Part shown: positions 51,660-62,632 of the stretch, piece after piece | How the letters are laid out: each line of letters starts with the position of its first letter | How positions within the stretch are numbered: the stretch's first letter is position 1 | Assembly: GCF_024521635.1 (NCBI RefSeq) | Contig: NW_026250421.1 | Span: 186,001 to 250,000, forward strand | Direction: 5' to 3' | Source: Tricharina praecox | Lineage: Eukaryota | DNA: 64,000 nt | Translations under genes and position numbers: made by a program | The notes under the pieces: model-generated | The model's input: the letters and a program-made list of their open reading frames with translations, nothing else | Databases searched by the model: none | What the model was told of the DNA's origin: nothing

Positions 51660-53035
51660 ATGGCCCCGTCAATCACCCTCGAGAATTCGCCGCCACAGCC
51701 GACCGAATCCACAAAGAATACGGTGCCCTCCAGTGCAAAGCCTCGCTTTACACCGGGTTACACTACCCCCGAGCCGGTTCCAGAGAACTACGAGTTTGAG
51801 CACCTCACTCCCAGCTTTCCGGATGTCTCGTGGCCTGCGTTGGAAGAGCTCCCTTACACCGACAAAGGTCTCCTCGGTGATCCCGAATACAAGGACCTCC
51901 TCGCGGACGCAGCCGACTGCTTCGACTACAACCACAACATCGGCACAGAAATCCACGGCGTCAGTCTCAAGACGTTGACGGATGCGCAGAAGAACGATCT
52001 TGCGCGGCTGATCGCGTTCCGGGGGATCGTGGTGTTCCGCGATCAGTTCGACTTCAATGAACACGACCAGCTGGAACTCGGGCGGTACTGGGGCACGCTG
52101 CATAAACATCCTACGACTGCGATTCCAAAGTCTGGCCTGGAGGAGGTGCATGTTGTCTATGCGGATGAGAAAAGTACCGATCAACGGGCGCTGTATACGC
52201 CCGCCCATCTTTGGCACTCGGATGTGAGCAACCTTCTGCAATCCTTAGAGACTAAAAAAAAGCCTGCTAACCTCACCCTAGGTAACCTACGAGATCCAGC
52301 CACCCAGCTACACCTCTCTCAAGCTCTTGACCGGCCCGCCTCGCGGCGGAGGCGGCGACACTCTCTGGTCAAGCCAATACGGCACCTACGACCTCCTCTC
52401 GACCGGAATGCAGACATACCTCAAAGGTCTGACAGCACTGCACACCTCCACCGAGCAGGTCAGAGACTCAAAAGCGTTTGGCCGGGCGTGTAGGAGGGAA
52501 GCCATCACCACCGAACATCCGCTCGTCCGGACGCATCCAGTCACGGGATATAACTCGTTATTTTACTGTCCGGCATTCATCACGGGTATCAAGGTATGTA
52601 GATGGCGTTGCCAGACCCAACTAGTATATGGGTGTGCGCGGAACTGACTAGGTATTGCAATGAAGGGAATCCCGAAAATAGAGAGTGACGCCATCCTGAG
52701 GCATCTCGATAACGTCATCGTGTCCAACGTCGACATCCAAGCGCGCGTCCAGTGGCAGAAGGGAACGGTCGTGTTCTGGGACAATCGCAGCATGGTAAGC
52801 TAGCACAAGCTCCTCCTCCTCCCACCAGCCAGAACTGATGCTTTCGCACCACCAGAACCACACGGCAACATATGGCTTCGCCCCGCATCGTCGACATGCG
52901 ATCAGAGTAACTCCTCATGGTGAGCGCCCAACTCTGGATCCGAATGGAAAGTCGAGACAGGAGGAGATTAATAAGGCGCTTGGGAGAGCGCCAATCAATA
53001 AGGATGGAACCGGGCAGTCGAACTTTAACGATTGA
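51660..53035 (+). CDS. TauD/TfdA-family 2-oxoglutarate-dependent dioxygenase (sulfonate dioxygenase, Jlp1-like); 3 introns
   Basis: IGTEIHGV, RGIVVFRDQ, WHSD-VTYEIQPPSYT (HxD), GGGDTLW, EHPLVRTHPVTG, FWDNRS..H, RRHAIRVTPHGERP. Confidence 0.93.
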
Positions 53036-54171
53036 GATGGACAAAAACGGGGAAGGTACTTATGTAGGAACTTACCATCCGTACTTTGGAAATGCGCTCG
53101 TTTTAGGTCATATGGAGCTGCACACGTGCTTTGTTGAGTTTAAACTGTACAACCAAGCAATCGAGGAATGAAGCAAATGAGATGGGAGATGATGGTGACC
53201 GCGAATGCGATCGCCGGCTAGTAGATCGGTACATACGCCATACCTTCAATATGGCCAAGTATTTAAACGCAGGTAATACAACAACGAAAACTGGGAGTGC
53301 GTCCGCCTCTTCGAAGGTAGATTTACCCTAAGCCAGTGATCGATTATGATCGCAAGAGACACAAGTAATCACTCACGGAAACGTCTAAACACCTTCAGAC
53401 TTCAGTTATTTTACGGCAGTCTTCGATATGAAATGAAGAAGCATCGCCATACCAGCGGGTCATACTTTCCCATGCCATCTTTTGCACTCACGGCCATGGC
53501 GGCTGCCAGAATTGCCCGCAGAATGCTATGCGCGAGTTACAGCTAGGCATGCATAGGATCGGAGTCTGGCAATGGTAAGGTTTGCCTATGTACTTACCGA
53601 ACATCAAAGTTATGCATATTCCGGACCGGGAGAGGTGGTTAGAACGTGTCCTGGCTCCTCGTTACTCGTAAGCTTATACTTCAGACGGACCTCGTCGTGC
53701 AACCATACCGGTATCCCACTGTGGTGAAACTACAGGTATGTAAAAACGCAGGAGAAGTCCAGCGAAATGGAGATTGGATCCTTCGTTCATGTTCTGTTGT
53801 CACCACAGAAGGAGGTTGGGTTCATGGTGACTGCCCATAACTCAGTCAGCCCATGGAAGGACTGCAGCTGCAACTATTGTCATGTACCAAGGTGGTATCT
53901 GTTTTGTAGCCGCCGCTGCCGCCGGCCAACTCACAGCCCTAACGTCAGAAGAGGGCAAAATTTTTGTAGACATTAGCTCATGTAATTCCTCGAGAATTTT
54001 TCCAGGCAAGCGCTGAAAGGATTTGGTTGGTTGCGGAAACAAGAACACCGCCTTCACAAACACAGAAAACACACCGCTTTTGCACCGGGACAACTACCTC
54101 TGGGAGAGCGCAAAACCTATCCTCCCCCACCGCTTCGACCTCTCCAAGGAAATCCTACCAGCACCGCAACA

Positions 54172-54852
54172 ATGCCCTTCACTGGCTCGATCCCCCGCCG
54201 CCCAACCGAGCTCCGCCTCACGATCAACGACATCCGTGTCGCTCCGGCGATAGACATGACCTACAAGCCGTCCAAGCTAGTAGCCGACTTCTCCGCGCTG
54301 TTCAAGAAGCACTACTTCAGCTCCTCTGGGCACCCAATCATCTTCAAGCTGCAGTACACGGCAGCGTCGGGGCAAGGTCTCCGGCGGATCCCCGTTCCCT
54401 TCTCGGCGCTCGCCACGTCCTCGGACACACGCACCAGCTGGGCGGAAATGAAGACGGAGATTACGCACTTCGAGAGCCGCAGCGAAGCGCACACTGCGAA
54501 CCCCGCTACCAGGCGCTGGCTGCTGATCATCTGCTTCCGCGCGTGCAAGTGCTTGGGCTTCGAGGGCTACCAGGTTGCACTGAAGATGCCGCTGATCCTG
54601 GGCGGGAAGGTCGTCGACCTCACTGAACTCGACGAGCTCGAGTTTATCAGGACCGTTTTGAACCGGACCCCCATGGGTGGACAACCAATTCCGTCGCCGC
54701 CGGTGTTCGCTGGGAGCTTGGTGCGTCGCGCGCCGGTGGCGAACGGAAATGGTGCTCATAACGGAAATGGTACTCACATTGGAAATGGCACTCGCAATGG
54801 AAATGGTACTCACCACGGCAGCGATGGAGACGTGTTCATGAGCGATCGTTAG
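54172..54852 (+). CDS. Hypothetical intronless protein of about 226 aa with C-terminal GNGxH repeats
   Basis: Long ORF with good ATG context (ACAATG) and C/G-biased third positions; no family recognised. Confidence 0.65.
   Translation: MPFTGSIPRRPTELRLTINDIRVAPAIDMTYKPSKLVADFSALFKKHYFSSSGHPIIFKLQYTAASGQGLRRIPVPFSALATSSDTRTSWAEMKTEITHFESRSEAHTANPATRRWLLIICFRACKCLGFEGYQVALKMPLILGGKVVDLTELDELEFIRTVLNRTPMGGQPIPSPPVFAGSLVRRAPVANGNGAHNGNGTHIGNGTRNGNGTHHGSDGDVFMSDR
54745..54816 (+). repeat. Four imperfect 18-bp coding repeats (GGAAATGGTACTCACxxx)
   Basis: Encodes GNGAHN-GNGTHI-GNGTRN-GNGTHH. Confidence 0.85.
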
Positions 54853-55287
54853 GATGGGGAATAGGGTTCTTGGTGAGATCATGCTGGATGGTACTTCGAT
54901 AGGATAGTGAGAACAAAGCCCGATTACCTACCATGTGCGGTGAATATTACAATCTGCCCTGATGGAAGCCTTCTGTGATACAGTGATGTGTACTACCTTC
55001 AGCGAACGAGCCCCAAGGACAAGAAACCTGCGCCAATACCTAGAGAATTCTATCAATGCTCTAGCCCGGGGATATATACCTCGTACTCCTGTAAATATAC
55101 ATACACCTACTCTTGTAGTTAATCACAGAAAATCAAGAGACTGAAGTCCCGAGATAACGAGTGATTGAAAAAGTAAACCGAGTGATTTCCACTGGCACAT
55201 GCCGACCTACCTAATATGTACTGCAGCTGTTCGCATTTCAGCGGAACCATAACCCCACACCCCACCACGGCCACCACACCACCCACC

Positions 55288-56123
55288 ATGCTCCCTCTCC
55301 TCCGCCGGCGCCATTCCACGCTCACCACGTCGCTCGACCGGGCCAAGCGGCTCGCAGCGACCCGCGCCGTCCGCGAAAACTTCTCGCCCGCGCACAACTA
55401 CATCGGGATCGGCAGCGGCAGCACGGTAGTGCACGTAGTGTCGTCGCTGCTGCAGGTAGCGACGGCCAACACGACGTTCGTGCCGACGGGTTACCAGTCG
55501 CGGAGCCTGCTGCTGTCCGCGGGGCTGCGCGTCGCGCTGATTGACGAGGTGCCGCCGGGGGCCATCGATATCGCGTTCGATGGCGCGGACGAGGTCGACC
55601 CGGCTGGAAACTGTGTCAAGGGCGGAGGCGCATGCCTGCTCATGGAGAAACTGGTCGCTGTCAATGCTGGGAGGTTTGTGGTTGTTGCTGGTGAGTAACA
55701 TATCTATGAACCGGGGAGATGAGGGATGCCGCCGGCTAAAAAAAAATACCGCCCGCGGGGCGGTAAGTAGACTGGACGAAGATCTCAACAAAGCTCGGGG
55801 AGAGATATGCTCCTGGCGTGCCGGTTGAGGTGCTCCCTGCCGCGGCATCGTACGTGATGTCGCGGTTAAGAGAGCTCGGCGCAACGCCGGTGCTCAGAAG
55901 CGGCGCTAAGGCGAAGGCTGGTCCATGTGTGACCGACAACGGGAATTTCATCCTTGATGCCGCGTTTCCTGGGGGCATTGAGGTGGCTGATGCCGCAGCA
56001 CGAATACGCGGGATTGTGGGCGTGGTTGAGCATGGTATTTTCTCGGATGCAGATAGAAAGGCGGACGTGGTGTATTATGGGATGAAGGATGGAGAGGTAC
56101 TCGTTCAAGGAATAATACAGTAG
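55288..56123 (+). CDS. RKI1: Ribose-5-phosphate isomerase A; intron about 55691-55770
   Basis: IGIGSGSTV, PTGYQS, FDGADEVD, KGGGACLLMEK, spliced VVADWTK, VTDNGNFILD, GVVEHGIF. Confidence 0.95.
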
Positions 56124-56251
56124 GTGGCTGAAGAGGGAGACATTCAAACAGTAGTAAATGCCTAAACTTGAAGGACGCTCTATTCTGCTGGCGTATAGAA
56201 CCACAAATATATATAGATATATCCAGTCCAAAAAGTCCAAAAATTAGCCGT

Positions 56252-57083
56252 TCAAACAGCCGCTTCGAAAGTCTTCCGCTCCTCCGCCAGCTCTCCAGAA
56301 ACCCGCGCCACAATCTCTTCCGCGATCCTTTTTGTTGCCTCCACATCTTCCCTACTGGCGCCGTGTCTCAGTGCCCCATCGACATGCCACCCCACCTGCA
56401 ACGGCGACTGAATCGCAGTGAGAGCTGCAATCATTGCCAGCTCGGTTTCCGCAGGCCCCAGGATCCCATCGTAGGCATACACAGGGCCGTAGATGAGTGT
56501 CATACAGAAGTAGTCTTTCATCCTCCTGTATCAGTAAATCATCCACACCCAGCAGAGATAAAAAAATGTTTACCGAAGTCAGGATGAAGTCCCTTCAGCA
56601 GCGACCTGACCTCTTGTGCCTTGTCTCCATACGTCTCGTCGAACAGCTTGACGCCCTTGTCGTTCAGCGTCTCTGGCGACAGGGTATGTGATCTATCCCC
56701 CGTCGCTCCACCCCTCCATCAGCGAACCACCCCGCAGTTCCCCACGAAACCGTTCATACTCACCTCCACGGCTCAGCATCCTTCCCTCCTCCCTCCTCCT
56801 CCGGTATAGCCTTCACCACCTCCGCCAGAGCGTTGATCATCCTCGGCATACCGTACAGCACGCCGGTTTTGAACAATGCTTCTCTGAACGCCTTCGTCAT
56901 CGTCGTAATGCCCGTGCCGCTATTGGAGGAACGGGCGTGCAAATATACAGCCAACACATCTTGTGGTCTACTCTGCGCGGCGAACGCAATGCCGGCTATG
57001 TACGCGTACGGACTGTTCTTTGCGAACGCCGAGGCGGCCGGGAAGAGTGAGTGGAGGTGGGATAGGAATTTCGAGGAGGCCAT
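56252..57083 (-). CDS. AhpD/carboxymuconolactone-decarboxylase-like protein (Pxp2-like); 2 introns
   Basis: REALFKTGVLYGMPRMINAL, G..LFDETYG, YGPVY...ETELAMIAAL...QVGWHVDGALRHGAS. Confidence 0.75.
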
Positions 57084-57426
57084 TATGGTGGAGGGGACTC
57101 GAGAGCGGGGATCCATCATTCAAGTGATTGAAGGGATGTTTTAATACGGATAGCGGTCGGTTGATAGGCTTACTAAACACGAACCTGGTTACTGACTACG
57201 GTATGGATCGTCATTCATGATCCGGGTTTCGGTTATTGGAATGGTTACACAAGTCATATTGGAGACGTGCTGATGAATACCGCAATCACTTATAGTAGAG
57301 GCATATCGCGAAGCTTCTGCTTCATATCCATCGCTAAATAGTTCGTAGAACCCGATGTAACACAATAGCATGAGCTCCCATGCTGACGCCCTAGTACTCC
57401 TATAAACATGAAGAAAATGGCGATTC

Positions 57427-58595
57427 CTACCACCTTCTCGCACCGCGTCCTCGTTGAGGAACAAAAGCTCCGGGGCCCCTAGCACCCTGCATCATGTTTT
57501 GGTCATAGCCGCCATACGCTCCCATGGCGGCAGAGGGTCCCTGTGGTGGCCTACAAGATCATTAGTCAGCCGAATGGGGCTTGTGGAAGATGGAGACTCA
57601 CATTCCGCCTCTGCCCATCCCATAAGCTGCATCCTGACCTCTCCCGTCGAATCCCTGGCCGCCCATGTACATACTCGGATCCCCCATCATGTCCATACCC
57701 TGAGCGCCCTGCTGGCCACCAGGACCTTGTGGCGGCACTCCTTGAGCGCCAGCACCCGGGCCGCCCGGCGCCTGTTGCATTCCAAACCCGCCCGCGCTCA
57801 TCATCGCACTCATATCGCCCATCTGACTTGGATCCATACCGGGCATCATTCCCATACCCATCCCCGACATCATCATCATCTGTTCCATCATCTTTTGCGG
57901 CGAGAACTCTTCCCGCAACCCCTCCTGTTTCTGGCAATACGCCGTCCACGTGAACTCGTCAAAGCCATAGTTGAAATAGTCAGTAACGTCGGCGCCGGGT
58001 TTCCGCCACGGCTTGTCGGTCGGCAATAAGTCTGACTCCATGGGAATTTTGTTGATCGGTGTACCGTTGTAGTTGGGTGTCGCATTGATGTCGAGTTTTG
58101 AGGTCGCCACAGCCGGCGCAACGGGTACTGCCGCAGCCGGTGGAGCGGGGGAGGTCGACGGTGAGGGTTTTGCGATGGCGGCGGCAGCGGAGGAGGGTCG
58201 CGCTGATGCAGTGCGGATCTGGTTGTATCGTTCAGGTCGTGGAGGAGGCTCCGGCCGACTACCATCTTTTCGTTCGATCACCAACTCGATATCCTTGTCT
58301 CCATGTCAGCTCCGGTTAGTCGCATTGGGAGGAAGAGCGGGCAACACAGTACATCCTCGTCATCAGAAACCTCGACCTCCTCCTCTTCGTCCTCTTCACC
58401 TTCCTCTAAGTCATCCTGATCGGCTTGCACCGTGGGTACTGGAGTTGCAGTTTGTTCTGGCTGTGCTGGAGGGGGAGCCGCAATGCTGAGCCCGGGAACT
58501 GGTGTGGAGGTTTGTGAAGGTATGGTCTGGGCGGGTGTTGACGAGTGATCGCCGTAGAGAAACTCGTCGTCATCCTGATCCATAGCGCTCATCAT
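57427..58595 (-). CDS. FIP1: Pre-mRNA polyadenylation factor Fip1; 2 introns
   Basis: DDEFLYG, Fip1 motif DKPWRKPGADVTDYFNYGFDEFTWTAYC, M/G/Q-rich tail ending RGRGARRW*. Confidence 0.95.
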
Positions 58596-59039
58596 AGTGT
58601 GGCTCCGGTGGTAGTGGTGTTCAGTGAATTGGATGTGTGAGTTGGATCCGTTTTCGTTCTGTTCTGTTCGTATATCGTTCAATGATGTGCTGTTGTGGTA
58701 GTTGCAAGGTTGAGGAACGCGTTCTACCCAGGTGGGTTTAGAGCTGGCGTTAGTTGGTTTAGTCAGCCGTTCGTCGCGTGTGCCCATGGCCCGCCTTCTC
58801 ACTTTCTTCCAGCCGCAGCTCCGCGAAACGCCGCCAAGCCGCTAGAGCCGCTCGGAAAGAGAGACTGACGCCCATTCTTGTCTTGCAACAACACGACCAC
58901 ACCACCACCCAACTACATCCACCACTCTGTCCAGGAAACTGCGGTCCTTGACTGAAAATCAGCCTGCGCGTCGCTCTCTTTCTTCCCCTCCGGATTTTCT
59001 AGCCGATTTCCCCTCGCCAAAAGTTCTTCATAGTTAATT

Positions 59040-60511
59040 ATGTCTCTATTCGGAAAACCCGCCGGCACACCGTAAGTACTCAGGCACGAAGCGCGTAAGC
59101 TTCACCAGCTAACACTCATCTCAAGGGGGACTCCTGTGGGGAACCTATTTGGCGGGGCTTCGACGACTCCTACTGCTGTACCTACCGGCGGTCTTTTCGG
59201 TTCGACGACTCCAGCAGCTCCTTCTGGCGGTCTTTTCGGTTCGACGACTCCAGCAGCTGCCTCTGGCGGTCTCTTTGGTTCGACGACTCCTTCAACTGCG
59301 CCTCCTAGCGGCGGCGGTCTGTTTGGGTCTGCGACTCCGGCAGCTCCTTCCGCTGGCGGCCCTGGCGGAGGACTCTTCGGCTCGACGACACCTGCTACTA
59401 CATCGGCACCGTCGGGAGGACTTTTCGGTGCTGGCGCAGCAACGACGACTCCCGCAGCTCCTACGACCGGGGGTCTCTTTGGCTCCACAACGCCCGCTGC
59501 TCCAGCTCCTTCTACCACAGGCGGCGGTCTCTTTGGATCGGCAGCTCCTGTTGCTGCCGCTCCTTCCACAGGGGGCGGCGGTCTCTTTGGGTCGGCGGCT
59601 CCTGCTGCTGCTGCTCCATCGGGTGGACTTTTCAGTCCCTCCCAGGCCACCAACACAGCTAACACCGGAAGGCCGGGACTATTTGCTGGCGCTGGAACGA
59701 CGCCTGGTTTGGGCGGCACCCAGCAGCAGCAGCAGCAAAATATGGTACCCGCGGCAACGATCGACGCAAGCAAGCTCACACCCACCACGCGTTTCGGTGA
59801 TTGTCACCAGTCGGTGCAACAGGTGCTCGAGCAGGTCGAGTAAGTTTACATGCGCACACCTCCTCTGACTACATTCTAACACCATGCAGAGCAGAGATTG
59901 AGAGCCAGATCAAAATGTCGAAAGACCTCGCTGATCGCTTCTCGGCCCACCGCGACGCGCTCGAGACTATCCCCGTCGATGCCAAGGTCCTCACCCATCG
60001 CCTCGAGGCCACAATATCATTCCAGACATCCGATCAAGCCGCAGCCGAGCAAGTGCGGGCACAGCACGAGGCCGATAACAACGCCGCACAGCTATCTATC
60101 CGCACATTAGACCTTTTCCGCTTGCCGCATGCCCAGCGCTCACAGTACATTCAGCGCGCCTCTACATACTCTGCTCCGCAGCGAGAAAACGAGATCACCG
60201 GCAACAAACCAATGGTTGCGTACTTCAACAAGCAGGCGGATGATATGGACCACAAGATGCAAATGATCACTAGAATTGTCAAACAGGTGGAGGAGAGCCT
60301 GGGCAGTGTGGAGGCGCAGGCTCTCCAGGGAGCGATGGGAATGGGTGTCGATGGGCGAGACATCACTGCTGTCACTGGTGGTGTGACTGGTAGGCAAGAT
60401 GCAAGGAGGCTACACAGCACTCTCAGGGAATTCAATGATGCTCTGCGTGGTGTCAGTGGTAGAATAGTCGATGCTCAGGAGGCACTAGAAGCTCTCAAGG
60501 GAAGGCGATGA
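59040..60511 (+). CDS. NUP49: GLFG-repeat nucleoporin, Nup49/Nup58 family; 2 introns
   Basis: About ten GGLFG repeats followed by TRFGDCHQSVQQVLEQVE and a coiled-coil domain. Confidence 0.82.
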
Positions 60512-60938
60512 AGTTGTTACATACTGGTAGAGAAAGGGGATAATGATGTTGCCCATGCTGCAAACTGCGTACCAAATGATGGCAGAAGTTGTGCTGCTGC
60601 AGTTTCTTCTTTCTCTGATTCTCTTTTACCGTCTTCAGCGTTCCTGCATTTTTTGTCTGTTTACAGCTGGGGTTTCGCATGTTATTTTTCGTATATGGGT
60701 TTCTTTGTCTTTATTTGAAGTTTCCTCATAATGTATGACTAGTCTGGAGATGTACAGTACAGTATGCATGTATGTACTTGCTCAGGTACGTAGGATGGTC
60801 CGGCAATGTTGCATGGAGATAATGGCCGACTCACGTCACGGGCTGTCACTTCCCGCCAAGACGGCGAAACGCGTAGTCCAGTCCGTCGCGTCTTCCTGTT
60901 GAACTCGTATCTCGATACAACCATCCCACGAAACCATA

Positions 60939-62068
60939 ATGTCTTCACAACCCAATTCCACAATCATTCCGTTCTCCATCGCGCACGAGCAACAACCCGT
61001 CCGTCTAATAGAACTACCACCTGCAATCCTCTCCCTCATAACCTCCGATAATCCACCAATGTGTGTACACCTTTCATCCATTCATTTCCCCATCCATTCT
61101 CATACCTTTGTAGCCTAAGAATCAAAGCCGCGCCCACCTCCATAGCCACCACGCACACTGGTGCAACCGCAGACCATGCCGTCCTCTGCACCGCCGACAA
61201 AACCTTCGCTCTCCGTCAAGTCCACAGCTCCAACACATCATTCCTCCTGACGCCGTCGACCTCCGACGGCGGTGGAGTGACCGCCACATCCACCGTAACC
61301 TCATACCTCGAACTCCTTCCCGTCACACCAGACACGAAATCCCTGCTGCGGCCACTGCTGCTGCCGTACCCCACCACCAGCAGTGGCAGCAGCAGTAGCG
61401 AGGGCAAACCCGGCATGTCAAAACACCAGCTCCGCAACAACCTCCCGGTATCCGACGCCGAGTTCGAATTTGCGTGGGCGGAGCTCTCGGCGTTCGAGTA
61501 CCACAGCTCCTCGTACATTTCCACAGCCGAAGGCCTCCTTTCCGCGCTGAAGGAAGCGTCCACCAACGCCGCGGCCAGCGGCATAAAGCTCTGCGCGCCG
61601 TTCCAGCTCACGGCGCTAATCGACGAGGAGTGCGAAATCCCGCCGGCGCTGGTCGAAACGGTCGTGGCGCGGATCTGTGAGCGGAGGGACGGCGGCTGGG
61701 TGCTCATGCCGGAAAAGGCCACGCCGGTCGTGGGCCGCTGGGTCCTCGAGGAGTGGCATGCTAGTGGTAAGACCGATATGCTCTATGTCTCGTTCATGTC
61801 CAGGTGGAAGGCTGCGGTGCCGATGGAGTGTAAGACGCTCTGTAAGCTCGATGTCTTGGAGGTCGGTCCTCCCCTCAAAGCGTGAGCGTAACAGGCGGTG
61901 CTGATACCCAAGTAGGATTGCCATGAATTGCCGACAAGAAATACCATCCGCTATGTGCCCGCCGGTGTGGTGGCGGCGGAGGACGTCAAGGCTTTTGAGA
62001 AGGCGGCGGCACAGGCGGCGGCAAAGAATAAGTGGCATGAAAAGTTTCGGAAGGGGAAGAGGACGTGA
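60939..62068 (+). CDS. DCC1: Sister chromatid cohesion protein Dcc1 (Ctf18-RFC subunit); 2 introns
   Basis: RLIELPPAIL, AVLCTADKTFALRQVHSSN, PVSDAEF..AW, F..RWK..VP, C-terminal KWHEKF. Confidence 0.88.
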
Positions 62069-62632
62069 TGAGCTTTTTCTGCACAACTTGATATTTCTAG
62101 GCAATCCAGCACAAATCCTTGGTAACTTACACACACAAATCAAGTAAAATGATCAATTATGAGCGACCCTTGTGTTATGGCCAACTATTTGGTTCGATCG
62201 GGACACCGTAGTTATGCATTACCTATACTCATCTCAGCAGAAGTGTATAGCTCCAAGAAGTCCAGCACCCAAGAAACCCCTCCACGAAGCTTCTTGCGTG
62301 ACGGTGATGAACCACTAAATCTGAAGGACCGACAGTAACGTGAAAACCCTCTGGCCTGTCACAGGTATCACTCGTATGATACCTTCGTTTCGTAGGCTTG
62401 AATGGGGTATTGTCATTGATTAGCGCCTTCGAACCTCCATATAATGGGAATCTCAGACATCCAAAGACCCACGTTTTCTGGCTGGTGGCTGACGCCGGTC
62501 ACTTTCTCGACTCAGTTGTACTATCCTCATTGAGGTACCTACATTTCAATCATTGTTGAACCTAAAAGCTCTTCGTAATAGCTAAGATGTACTTACTTTC
62601 ACTGGTATGAAATTCCTATGAGCCACTCCAAA

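Noticed and set aside
47653..54852. Secondary-metabolite cluster around the TauD dioxygenase
   Set aside because: No PKS, NRPS, terpene synthase, transporter or cluster regulator is present.
56121..56165. Cryptic peroxisomal PTS1 by stop readthrough in RKI1
   Set aside because: The stop context is TAG GTG and the extension ends ...VVNA*, which is not SKL-like.
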